A stretch of DNA of 41,825 nucleotides. It comes from a virus (Duplodnaviria > Caudoviricetes). The notes under the pieces were generated by a model that was not told the DNA's origin, did no database searches, and saw only the letters and a list, made by a program, of their open reading frames with translations. The stretch covers positions 1 through 41,825 of the IMG/VR virus record IMGVR_UViG_3300027571_000023, one strand, 5' to 3'. The position numbers and the translations under genes were made by a program. Each line of letters opens with the position of its first letter. Position 1 is the stretch's first letter. Below are positions 1 through 8,918 of the stretch, piece by piece.

Positions 1-1706
1 CTAATAGTAAAATGGTCTCTAGGGCTTTATCTTATGTCTCCTCCGTAGACAATGGTACAAAGGCGGGGTACGAGAGACTCTCTCGAGAGTCTGCTGGCGT
101 GGAGAGCTACTCTGTTATTGGAGCAGGAGATCCTTATATGGTTCGAGATGAAGGTCTAGGGGGCAAGGTGGACATCTGGGTCAGAGGCGAGGTGTTGAAT
201 GAGGTGACCGATGTGTACGCACCCTCTTATCAAGCTATGCGAGGAGCTAAGTTTGTTCCGCTCTACGCTGAAGGAGCTTACGCCTTTCAAGCTACGACTG
301 CAACAGGTGAAGACCCTCTCTATAGCATGATTGACAGAACAGGGAAGTTTGGGCTTCGGAATCAGACTTCGGGGGAGTTCTTTGACTTAACTAATGCGAC
401 TATTTCAGAAGGTAAGATCCTTACCTTAGACACTACCTTGAGCCAGCCTTCTTACCGTTTCACAGATAATATACTCGGCGACTATAGGACTGATGTGACG
501 AACAAGGTAATCTTAGACCGACAGCCTGTCAGGAGCGTCTCCTCTGTAGTCAAAGCAGATGGGGTTGCTATCTCATCTTACACGCTATATAAGAGTGAAG
601 ACCCTCTAAGGAATGGGCGATCTCCCTCTGCCCAAGACTATATTGTCATTGACAATGATGGTTCGTCTAAGATTTTAGATGTCACCGAAGAAGAGATTAC
701 ATTCAACGCCCTATACCCCGAGTCTCTCTCCAATAGAGGTGTAGATATCACATCGGTTAGGGTATATAATCAGACCTCTCTGCAAGACTATTCAAGTCAA
801 CTCACCGACTCATCTCCCGACTACAATATCTATACGGATGAGAACAACCTTGCGTACATACAAAGAACCAGCTCATCAACCATCGGAAATACCGAAACGG
901 TCTTGGTTGACTACGAGCATCTTGAAAACATTGTCGTCAGCTATAGTACAAACCTTGTACTTTCCACGCTGCAGGCTAAAATCGAGCAAGAAAAGCACAT
1001 GGGGGCAGATGTTCTTGTTAAAGAAATCTCACCCGCACCTGTGGATGTCAAAGCCCTTGTCTATATTGAGAAGGGATCGAACCCAGCCAACATAGATGCT
1101 CTTGTGAGATCAAATCTCATTATCAGAATTGAAGCCGAAGGGCAAGGAGGCAGGATTTACTCCTCAGACTTAATCAAAGAGATAGATTCTGTCGTGGGAG
1201 TTAGTCATGTTAGCGTCCCCTTATCTCAGGTGAGCCTCTCCCCAGATACTCTTATCTTGAGAGAGAAGGTTTTAACAACAGCCCCTACGGTTATCTCAGA
1301 GGTTGTTTCTTCGAGTCATCAAGTGTGGTCATGTGACATTCCCTTAAAGCAGATCCCCGCAACGGCGGGTGGTGATGGAGCGAGACTCTTCCTTAACAAA
1401 GAAGAATTCCCACTACTCAATGAGAGTCAGCGTCAAAATGCAGAGAGCTGGAATTACACATCAGGAAGCATTGTAGGGGTAGAGGGCTTCAAATTGAACC
1501 TTAATGGTGTGGTTCAAGATATCGAGGGGCAGACTCAGAGGCTTCTAGTCTCCCTCCCGAAAGGCAAACACCCCTCTAACTATACGATTGAACTCAATTA
1601 CAGAACAGGTGCGGCAGAAGGCTATGTTAGTTCGATTGTGTTGAACGACTTTTCATATCTGACAAGCGGGGACTTCAGCTTCACCTACGAGGAGACTGAA
1701 GGATGA
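1..1706 (+). CDS. Baseplate wedge protein, baseplate J-like (P2 gpJ / T4 gp6 class); 5'-truncated by window edge
   Basis: The frame is open upstream of ATG 12 (AAT AGT AAA), so the gene probably starts before the window. 'SRALSYVSSVDNGTKAGYERLSRESAGVESYSV...GGKVDIWV' fits the baseplate-J R..GT..Y..V.GV..G.V.V pattern. The later 'VDVKALVYI...GGRIYSSDLIKEIDSVVGVSHV' fits the J-like C-terminal domain. ATGA overlap with the next gene. Confidence 0.8.
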   Translation, partial: NSKMVSRALSYVSSVDNGTKAGYERLSRESAGVESYSVIGAGDPYMVRDEGLGGKVDIWVRGEVLNEVTDVYAPSYQAMRGAKFVPLYAEGAYAFQATTATGEDPLYSMIDRTGKFGLRNQTSGEFFDLTNATISEGKILTLDTTLSQPSYRFTDNILGDYRTDVTNKVILDRQPVRSVSSVVKADGVAISSYTLYKSEDPLRNGRSPSAQDYIVIDNDGSSKILDVTEEEITFNALYPESLSNRGVDITSVRVYNQTSLQDYSSQLTDSSPDYNIYTDENNLAYIQRTSSSTIGNTETVLVDYEHLENIVVSYSTNLVLSTLQAKIEQEKHMGADVLVKEISPAPVDVKALVYIEKGSNPANIDALVRSNLIIRIEAEGQGGRIYSSDLIKEIDSVVGVSHVSVPLSQVSLSPDTLILREKVLTTAPTVISEVVSSSHQVWSCDIPLKQIPATAGGDGARLFLNKEEFPLLNESQRQNAESWNYTSGSIVGVEGFKLNLNGVVQDIEGQTQRLLVSLPKGKHPSNYTIELNYRTGAAEGYVSSIVLNDFSYLTSGDFSFTYEETEG

Positions 1707-4700
1707 TTTTTGATTACGACCCCAGAGATATTAAAGGGGGTGTCAATTCAGAGTCTGCATCTTACAGGCTATTGAAAGACATCCTTGTAGAGCAAATCGT
1801 CAACTCTCTAAGCACAGGAACCGCTTCAAACTACATTACTAGGTCTTATGGGTCTAATCACAGAATCCTGTATGAAGGAGCGGCGAGGCTCTTTGCAGAG
1901 ATCATACTAAAGTCGGCAGACAATATCGAAGACGTAGAGTACTCTCAGCTCCGTGCAGAATATATCTCTACGAGACTTCTTTACTCGGTCTTTCCTAGCG
2001 AAGACTCGATACCAGAGGGGGATAACGTGGAGGATGTCATACGCATCCTCTTACAGACATATGAATCTTTGCTTGCAGGAGCTACAAAGAAGAGTATAGA
2101 TCAGACCCTCGAAGCAATAGCCTCAAACGCTGTCGTGTTCTCTGAGGTACAGGACTACATCCTTAATGTTAATACGTCCATCTTGGCTACGACTGAGACT
2201 AACACAGACGGAATAGTTGGAACTCACAGACACTATGCTTTCGCCAAGCCAACAGGGTATGGGGCAACAAACAAGCCCATAGGATACCGCTGGGGGGACA
2301 TCCTACACCACCATGAGATTCTCGACGGCGTTGTGCAACCTCATATAGATGAAGATGGGGTTTCCCACACCCACGAAATATATTTCGGTCTGCCTGAAAA
2401 CACACTCCAACTACAGAGCAACTTGTTAAAAACCCTGAGTGTCTTGAAGCCCGCCCACTTGAGAATAGGGGGCGTGTCTTCCGTAATCTCGGAACGAGAT
2501 AGAATCTCACCCAATGCAAACGATGTTATAGACGGCCTAGACTCAATCAGTCTTGGTCTAGGCTCTCTCTATCAAGAGGACTTAAGAAGAGCTCGGGTAG
2601 GTGTGCCTGAAGATGAGATATTCGGTTACGCCGAAGGTAATCAAATAAGATTCTGGAAGCACGACATAAGCATCGCAGATAACCTGTGTGCAGTGTGGGA
2701 AGACATAGACCCTAACACCTTGCAGAAGACGGTGTACTCTCAGAAACTGAGAGCAATCGACACTCAAGACGAGATACCCAACGACCAAGTCGATTTCTCA
2801 ACAGGGGACACTTTAACCTTTATTCGTGAAGTAGGTACACAGTCAGCCTTCGCTACTGACGTGAGACTAAAGGGGGGAGCTATGCTGCCACCCGAGGCTG
2901 GCGAAGTCGGGTCTTTCAATTCTGTCTTTGCAAATGACGGAGAGCCACTCCTGTATAGCAGAGAGGGTAAAGTGTATTACCCTTCCTTGTTAGGCTATGA
3001 GGGGGATGCCGTAAATCCACCCCTGAAACCTTATGGGTACAGAGTCTCTCTCTCCGCCTCCGTGGTCACAGTAGACTCTCAAGTGTTGAAACAAGGACTT
3101 GTTAAGTTTCGACTTACCTCAAACCCTTGGACTACCCGTCGAGAGATCTCCTACTTCACAGAATCTTTTGAAGCTATAGGTAACAATGCTGACGTACTAG
3201 ACTTGCCTTCGAACTTCCAAAAGAAAGTTCTCAAGACCCACTCTGGTGTCCCTATCATTTCTTCCGATTTCATACTCAAAGTGAACGGGGTCGTATTAGA
3301 GGACTTCTTCTTGGATGTGGGGAAGAACAAGATAAGCTCCACAGGTGCCTTCGCTCGGGGTGATGACATCGAGATAACATACCCCAAAGCGAGTTCTGAA
3401 GTTAGGCTATTTCGAGAGTTGAACAACCTTGAAATAACCCTCAACGCCACAAGACCTGTGCGGAGTGTGAGTCTGTCTGGCAGGGGAGGTGACAGTCAAA
3501 GAGTCATTTCCACCACGCCACCCCTTTCTTATGTCTTAAACTCCGTTGCAGGCGTATTACCTCTGACCCAATCAGAGAAGACATCTACATATTCTGTTCA
3601 GAACTCTGACATCCTCAACACACGCAACCAAAATCTGAATAGTACGTTTACCTTGAACAGAGGGTCTCTGAATCAAAACTTATCTCAAGATCAAGTTTAC
3701 GCCCCCGCAACAAAAACTTTAACCGCCACCAAGAGCGAGATCTTCTTCACTCAGCTAGGGTTCATCCCTTCTTTCGTCTATTCTGTAGTAGATCAGAATG
3801 CAATCAGTTACACCTTTAAGGTCACTCAAACTAGCCTCATCTTAGACGGTTACACAAGCCCCGTGACTTTAACTATATCTGCCGTCTCCTCGATGCCCCT
3901 TAATCTTGAGCAAGATTGGTTTAAAGGAGAGAGGCTAGCTGAGGGGCAAGCCTTTCTCGCTAAGAAAAGCACATTAGGTCTCCCCGACCTTCTGGAAGAT
4001 CGCCCGCAGGATATTATTCAAAACCCACTAGGGATAGACCGAGACCGCAACATTATAGCTAATCGAGTAGTCAAGGAGCTAGGGCATCGAGGAGAGTACG
4101 CCTTTTATGAGGACGAGGTCGCGAGTTACAATCTTAACGGGTCTTCGGGGTTCTTAAATGACCTCAACATCATGTCTTACAAAGACGAGATGCTTCATCA
4201 AGACCCCACCCTATATATCTTAGGCCCTAGAACCGAAACAGAGACCTCAACGGTAAACACGATCCCAACCTACCTGTTCTTTAACTATTTATTCCTTAAC
4301 ACTTTTGGAGGAGACAGCCACTACTTCTCTATTTACAGGGTTGGACTTGACGGCGTTAAGTATTACCAGACTATCACGCCGAGGGCTGACTCTAATGGTT
4401 TCTCTGCTGTTGAAGAATACCCAAACCTGCCTGCCCCCAACGGAGCACCTCTAGCCTACCGATTTGTAGATGATGGGTCTGGTGGAGGTTTCAATCTCAA
4501 CTACTCGAACGGGGATCTTGCAGACAACTTTTTGGCCGAGGTTAATGCTTCATTCAACCACATACCAAATCAGACGTACTTCATAGAGCTCTTCATGGAA
4601 GAGGATGGAGGAGGGGCAGACTCCTTGTTCTTTTTCTCAAGTGGGTCAGACGCCTCGATTGTGTTAGGGGCATCTTGGGATACCTCCAATGAAACCTACA

Positions 4701-7420
4701 GGTTAGATGATGCTTTTGGTGGCGGGCTAGGTGTGACCTATTATTATGAGGTCTTGTTCGCAACCAATCCAGGTGAGGTCGTTTCTTTTGATATCACATT
4801 AGACGAATTTCCTGCATACCCCAAAGACCCTGAGAATATCGGTCTTACTCATGATATCCTAGAGGTCGCCTATTACGCAGAGGATGTCTTCCCTACCCCG
4901 ACGTTAGGGTTTGATTCTAACGTTAACTTCATGCCCTCCAGCCCTGACGGAAGCACCCCTTATTTCCGTCAGGTTGAAGATGAACTCGCATTTGATGCAG
5001 TAGCAGAACATGGTTTAATCAACCTTGTCTCAGACAATGAGAGTGGATTAACTTTCTCAAGTCTCGTTAGTGCGAGCCTTTTCCTGAGACCTTCTTCTGT
5101 AGATGAGATAATTGCGACCCCAGAAGACGAGGTTGGAGTAGCTTTAAGATATCAGATACCTAACCTTGAAGAGGAGATCTCTTTATCTGACGAGATTGAA
5201 TATACGTATGATCTCGGAAATGTTCTTATTGAAGACGACCTGTTCCTAGACGATGAAGTTTCTACCCACCTTGAATACTTAGCCCCTCTTTTAGAGAGCG
5301 ACGCAAGTCTCTCAGATGAAGTGACTGCGAGGATCACGTCGTTCAAAGTAGACTCAAACTCTTCTATCTCAGACGAAGTAGGCACAATCTACAGCTTCAC
5401 TCCGTCGAGTGTGGGAGATAGTTCGCCTGCACCTTCTGATGTTGTCACAACCACCTTCAGTTACCAAACACCAGAGCTGAATACAGACGTTCCCGTTCTC
5501 ACTGACGGGGTTTCTATAAGAACGCCTTCCGTGTCGTTATCTTCTTTGCTAGAATTGAGCGATGAGGTTTCAGCCTCGTATTCCCTATCCCCCGTCCATG
5601 TAGAAAGCTCTCTTGGCTTCTCCGACACAGTGTCTATTCTCCCGAACTATCAGCCTGTGACACTTGACGATGACTACCCTTTGCCTACGGATGATGTCAT
5701 AGATTCTCTTTCGTTACTGACATCAGATACTGTTTTCATATCTGACGAGGTAGACACTTCTTATCTGCTCTCCAATATCGCGATAGAAGACAACGTGACA
5801 GTTGACGACGAGACTACTGTGGTATTCCGCTATACTCCAATATCAGTTGAGAGCTCAAATGCCTCTATCAGTGATGGTACCGAAGAGTCTTTGTCCCTGT
5901 TCTACACAGACACGACTTCATTATCCGACGAGGTGAGTACACAATATAACTATGCGTCTGTGTCTGAGGGCTCTGTGGCTTCTACCTATCTTGATGATGT
6001 CAGTACCACTTCAAGGTATTTGATGACAGGCACAGTTGAAGCTCAGGACGAGGTCTCAATATCTGTCGCACTCAACAAGAGTGTAGGAGACACCGTATCC
6101 TGCACGGATGAAATCTCTATTACACCATCGCTCTCTCCCGTAGAAATAGGAGATGCCGTGAGTGCTAGTGATGAAGTGGATACATCATACTCACTCAGTA
6201 TGGTATCCCTCGAAGATGTCGTAAGTGCTAGTGATGAAGTAGATATTACTTTAAATGAACCCATAGGGCCTCTTAATGTAGAAAGCCAATTAAGCTTCAC
6301 AGACGAGGTGGTAATTGTGGAGCGTGCTGAAGTATCCAGCTCCCTATCTTTGTCTGATGAAGCAAACACCTCTATAGGAGAGATTGTTACGCCCTCCCTC
6401 ATACTTGGAATTAAGTATAATGACTTCGCATTTGCCGACAACGAGCTGTTCTCTATATACAAGGGATCAATGGATACTCTTGTGTACCCCGATGTCTTTG
6501 CAATACAGCCAGACTCAAACAGCATTAGCCCTGTTGTAGTGGCTGAAGACAGTAAGGAGATCAGGATAAGTGCGGCTCTAGCAGACACTAGCTACAGTAA
6601 CGCCAATGATGATGCTAACCTGAGAATAGGTAGCTTAGAGTATGACACAAATTATACCTTATACGCCTATACCGAGTTTTTGGACAGCTCCCCTGATATC
6701 TCCGCAGCATTCAGGGCAGGGTCTTCTGCCCTAGACCCCTCTGCTTTCTTGTTCGGGAAAGGATATAACGACCTAATGCCTGGTAATCCCTCTTCAGGAG
6801 ACTCTGGGAAATACTATTTGCACACTTTCCGTATCCGAAGCTCGGATGATGTCGTTGTTTTCAACGCAGATAATCCGAACACCTTCCCTTTCGGCTTCTC
6901 TTCAAATGCGAGGCTGTATATGCACTTTAAGTTCACGCACTCTGTCTCAGGAGACGATTCGGCAGTATTTAGACTTAGGGAAGCGAAATCGGAAGCCACG
7001 TTCTCTAGTCCTGACGGGTCTCCTGCGGACACAACAGGTTGGGTGGCTCCTAGCATACACGCAAGTATCGCAGGGTTATCTAACTCCGCACCCAGCGGAA
7101 ATTACGTTGAAACTACCCTACCTAATTCTACGGTGAGTAACACGGACAATGACGCTCAGGTGTCTTGGGATTTAACCGTCGGCACAAGATACCACTTGCA
7201 AACCACTCAGTACGACAACAACCCTGACTTTGAAGTCTGCCTAGAAGCGAGAGCTGAGGACAGCGGGGCTTCTTGGGACACCACATACTCTTCGTCGGAC
7301 ACGCTCGAGTACACAGAGCTTCTCACTAACAATGATGGTCTCGAGACCACATGGAACCACTTCTTTACAATCCGTAAAGACGGGTTCATCATCTGGGAGC
7401 AAGATCCTTCTGGGTCTTAA
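1703..7420 (+). CDS. 1905-aa virion protein: N-terminal baseplate wedge domain (P2 gpI / Mu gp48-like, KPAH motif) fused to repeat stalk and repeated globular modules
   Basis: Directly follows the J-like gene with an ATGA overlap. Contains 'GATKKSIDQTL' and 'LSVLKPAH' (nt 2447-2458), typical of gpI/gp48-like wedge partners. Also has HxH motifs, about 21 SDEV-like repeats and three related aromatic/beta-rich modules. Confidence 0.65.
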   Translation: MIFDYDPRDIKGGVNSESASYRLLKDILVEQIVNSLSTGTASNYITRSYGSNHRILYEGAARLFAEIILKSADNIEDVEYSQLRAEYISTRLLYSVFPSEDSIPEGDNVEDVIRILLQTYESLLAGATKKSIDQTLEAIASNAVVFSEVQDYILNVNTSILATTETNTDGIVGTHRHYAFAKPTGYGATNKPIGYRWGDILHHHEILDGVVQPHIDEDGVSHTHEIYFGLPENTLQLQSNLLKTLSVLKPAHLRIGGVSSVISERDRISPNANDVIDGLDSISLGLGSLYQEDLRRARVGVPEDEIFGYAEGNQIRFWKHDISIADNLCAVWEDIDPNTLQKTVYSQKLRAIDTQDEIPNDQVDFSTGDTLTFIREVGTQSAFATDVRLKGGAMLPPEAGEVGSFNSVFANDGEPLLYSREGKVYYPSLLGYEGDAVNPPLKPYGYRVSLSASVVTVDSQVLKQGLVKFRLTSNPWTTRREISYFTESFEAIGNNADVLDLPSNFQKKVLKTHSGVPIISSDFILKVNGVVLEDFFLDVGKNKISSTGAFARGDDIEITYPKASSEVRLFRELNNLEITLNATRPVRSVSLSGRGGDSQRVISTTPPLSYVLNSVAGVLPLTQSEKTSTYSVQNSDILNTRNQNLNSTFTLNRGSLNQNLSQDQVYAPATKTLTATKSEIFFTQLGFIPSFVYSVVDQNAISYTFKVTQTSLILDGYTSPVTLTISAVSSMPLNLEQDWFKGERLAEGQAFLAKKSTLGLPDLLEDRPQDIIQNPLGIDRDRNIIANRVVKELGHRGEYAFYEDEVASYNLNGSSGFLNDLNIMSYKDEMLHQDPTLYILGPRTETETSTVNTIPTYLFFNYLFLNTFGGDSHYFSIYRVGLDGVKYYQTITPRADSNGFSAVEEYPNLPAPNGAPLAYRFVDDGSGGGFNLNYSNGDLADNFLAEVNASFNHIPNQTYFIELFMEEDGGGADSLFFFSSGSDASIVLGASWDTSNETYRLDDAFGGGLGVTYYYEVLFATNPGEVVSFDITLDEFPAYPKDPENIGLTHDILEVAYYAEDVFPTPTLGFDSNVNFMPSSPDGSTPYFRQVEDELAFDAVAEHGLINLVSDNESGLTFSSLVSASLFLRPSSVDEIIATPEDEVGVALRYQIPNLEEEISLSDEIEYTYDLGNVLIEDDLFLDDEVSTHLEYLAPLLESDASLSDEVTARITSFKVDSNSSISDEVGTIYSFTPSSVGDSSPAPSDVVTTTFSYQTPELNTDVPVLTDGVSIRTPSVSLSSLLELSDEVSASYSLSPVHVESSLGFSDTVSILPNYQPVTLDDDYPLPTDDVIDSLSLLTSDTVFISDEVDTSYLLSNIAIEDNVTVDDETTVVFRYTPISVESSNASISDGTEESLSLFYTDTTSLSDEVSTQYNYASVSEGSVASTYLDDVSTTSRYLMTGTVEAQDEVSISVALNKSVGDTVSCTDEISITPSLSPVEIGDAVSASDEVDTSYSLSMVSLEDVVSASDEVDITLNEPIGPLNVESQLSFTDEVVIVERAEVSSSLSLSDEANTSIGEIVTPSLILGIKYNDFAFADNELFSIYKGSMDTLVYPDVFAIQPDSNSISPVVVAEDSKEIRISAALADTSYSNANDDANLRIGSLEYDTNYTLYAYTEFLDSSPDISAAFRAGSSALDPSAFLFGKGYNDLMPGNPSSGDSGKYYLHTFRIRSSDDVVVFNADNPNTFPFGFSSNARLYMHFKFTHSVSGDDSAVFRLREAKSEATFSSPDGSPADTTGWVAPSIHASIAGLSNSAPSGNYVETTLPNSTVSNTDNDAQVSWDLTVGTRYHLQTTQYDNNPDFEVCLEARAEDSGASWDTTYSSSDTLEYTELLTNNDGLETTWNHFFTIRKDGFIIWEQDPSGS
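5102..6365 (+). repeat. Protein-level tandem repeat: ~21 degenerate ~20-aa acidic units centred on [ST]D[ED]V
   Basis: Units read in the translation: PEDEV, LSDEI, LDDEV, LSDEV, ISDEV, PSDVV, LTDGV, LSDEV, FSDTV, PTDDV, ISDEV, VDDET, ISDGT, LSDEV, LDDV, QDEV, CTDEI, ASDEV, ASDEV, FTDEV, LSDEA. Two adjacent units near 6160-6245 share DNA identity (agtgctagtgatgaagt). Confidence 0.9.
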
Positions 7421-7433
7421 TACTCTTTTTATA
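7418..7433 (+). promoter_or_regulatory. Candidate phage late-promoter motif TAATACT-CTT-TTTATA
   Basis: Matches TA[ACG]T-N3-TTTAT, seen in five intergenic positions. Ends 36 nt before ATG 7469, which has an AAGGAG SD. Confidence 0.6.
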
Positions 7434-7468
7434 CACCCTTACCCTCAGACCAATCAAAGGAGAAACTG

Positions 7469-8176
7469 ATGTTTAACATTCAAGGATATGTAGAAGTCAC
7501 CCTCAAGGACGCCCAAGGCAATGTCCTACAGCACGAAGAAGGCCCTAACACTGTTGTTCAAATGTCGAATAACATCCTCATGGACTCAATTCTTCCTCGT
7601 CTAGGCTCAAACGGCGGTGCGACTGCCGTAGCTAACAGACCTGAAGGATCAAACATGGACGATGATACCGCATTCCCTAATGGTGGTAATTACATCGGAC
7701 CTGCTGGAGCGAGCACTAACACTTCAGCCGCACACACGATTAACAACATCGGCTATATCGCTGTGGGTGACAATGTCGGAACAGACTCTGCGGGTAACGC
7801 TCACCTTATCGGAGACCAGAACACTGACGTTGGGAGTCCGAGCACGCAGGTAAACATGGTGGACGATTCTTTCAGTCTCACTAGCACAGCCCCTTACTTC
7901 GCAAGGATTGTAGATTCGGTGTCTTTCCCTGCATATAACAAGATCCGTTTTACCTCTACGTTCGCCACTACGGAAGGTAACATCACAAACGGAATAGCGG
8001 AGATCGGGCTTTGGACTGCGGGAGACAACGTGGACGCAGAGGGGTTTGTAAACACCACTACTCCTACCTCGACCTCCAACATGAGGCTTTTCGCGAGAAA
8101 AGTGCTTTCTAACACCATTACTAAGACCGACGATGGTACGCTTGAGATTAGCTACACCATCACACTTAACGCTTAA
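7469..8176 (+). CDS. Virion structural protein, tail-fibre anchor / tail-collar fibre N-terminal-like fold (paralog 1)
   Basis: AAGGAG SD. Motifs 'YIAVG', 'FTSTF...EGN...IAEIGLW' and 'LFARKV...ITKT...LEISYTI' resemble fibre-attachment (P2 gpH N-terminus / DUF3751-like) proteins. Lies in the baseplate cluster. Confidence 0.55.
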   Translation: MFNIQGYVEVTLKDAQGNVLQHEEGPNTVVQMSNNILMDSILPRLGSNGGATAVANRPEGSNMDDDTAFPNGGNYIGPAGASTNTSAAHTINNIGYIAVGDNVGTDSAGNAHLIGDQNTDVGSPSTQVNMVDDSFSLTSTAPYFARIVDSVSFPAYNKIRFTSTFATTEGNITNGIAEIGLWTAGDNVDAEGFVNTTTPTSTSNMRLFARKVLSNTITKTDDGTLEISYTITLNA

Positions 8177-8205
8177 TAATGGGTTGAAGTAGGAGGGGAT
8201 CTTTT

Positions 8206-8217
8206 TAGTTATTTTAT
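8206..8217 (+). promoter_or_regulatory. Candidate phage late-promoter motif TAGT-TAT-TTTAT
   Basis: Same consensus, 38 nt before ATG 8256. Framed by the imperfect inverted repeat GGAGGGGAT (8192-8200) / ATCACCTCC (8216-8224). Confidence 0.5.
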
Positions 8218-8255
8218 CACCTCCATGTCATACCCCAGAACTTGTGGAGGAAAAC

Positions 8256-8906
8256 ATGATCAAATCTAGAATAACACCCCCTCGTACTTCTGCATTTAAC
8301 TTAGGATTTGGCTTCAAAGAAGCACAAATTCAAGTGAGAGGCGATGTCTTTGCAACCCTCACGTCCCCCTCTGGGGATGAAGAGATTGTCATAGATAAAT
8401 CGAACATCTACACCCTAGACGGTGGGGTTCTTGCCGCGATCCTCTTTTCAAATAATGCGGGAGCGGGTAACGCCCGCTTTGTTAATATGTTATCCGTGGG
8501 TACGGGTGCCTCTGGGTCTCAACAGAGCCCTGATATCCCCGACTACCAACAAAGGGGGTTGAATTCCCCTCTGTATAAAAAGACTTTCTCTAGTGTACTC
8601 TACCGAAAAGCAGACGGCTCTTTGAGTGAAGACGGTAACGGTAACCCAATACCTACAAACATTGTAGACTTCACCACCACTTTTGAATCCGCAGAGGCTG
8701 TAGGTGCGTTGACGGAGATGGGTCTTGTCTCCTCTTTGAATGAGACACCTACGGGGTTTGTAAGCAACCCAAATAATTTCCCTCAAGATAGGGACATCAC
8801 CGAGAATATCAACGCTTACGACACTTTAGTGAATTACCTCACCTTTCCTGTAATCAACAAGCCTAATGGGGCGATACTCGCGATCACATGGCGACTTACT
8901 TTCTAA
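8256..8906 (+). CDS. Virion structural protein, paralog of 7469-8176 (paralog 2)
   Basis: Start moved from GTG 8244 to ATG 8256 because GGAGG (8246-8250) precedes it. Shares 'G.V..TL', 'SVGTG', 'FTTTF...EA.G.LTEMGL' and 'INK...LAITWRLTF' with the upstream gene. Confidence 0.55.
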   Translation: MIKSRITPPRTSAFNLGFGFKEAQIQVRGDVFATLTSPSGDEEIVIDKSNIYTLDGGVLAAILFSNNAGAGNARFVNMLSVGTGASGSQQSPDIPDYQQRGLNSPLYKKTFSSVLYRKADGSLSEDGNGNPIPTNIVDFTTTFESAEAVGALTEMGLVSSLNETPTGFVSNPNNFPQDRDITENINAYDTLVNYLTFPVINKPNGAILAITWRLTF

Positions 8907-8918
8907 GAAGGGTTGATT

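Noticed and set aside
5102-6365. CRISPR array or DGR template/variable repeat
   Set aside because: The repeats are in-frame and degenerate at DNA level, with no constant repeat-spacer structure. I saw no adenine-specific repeat pair and no reverse transcriptase.
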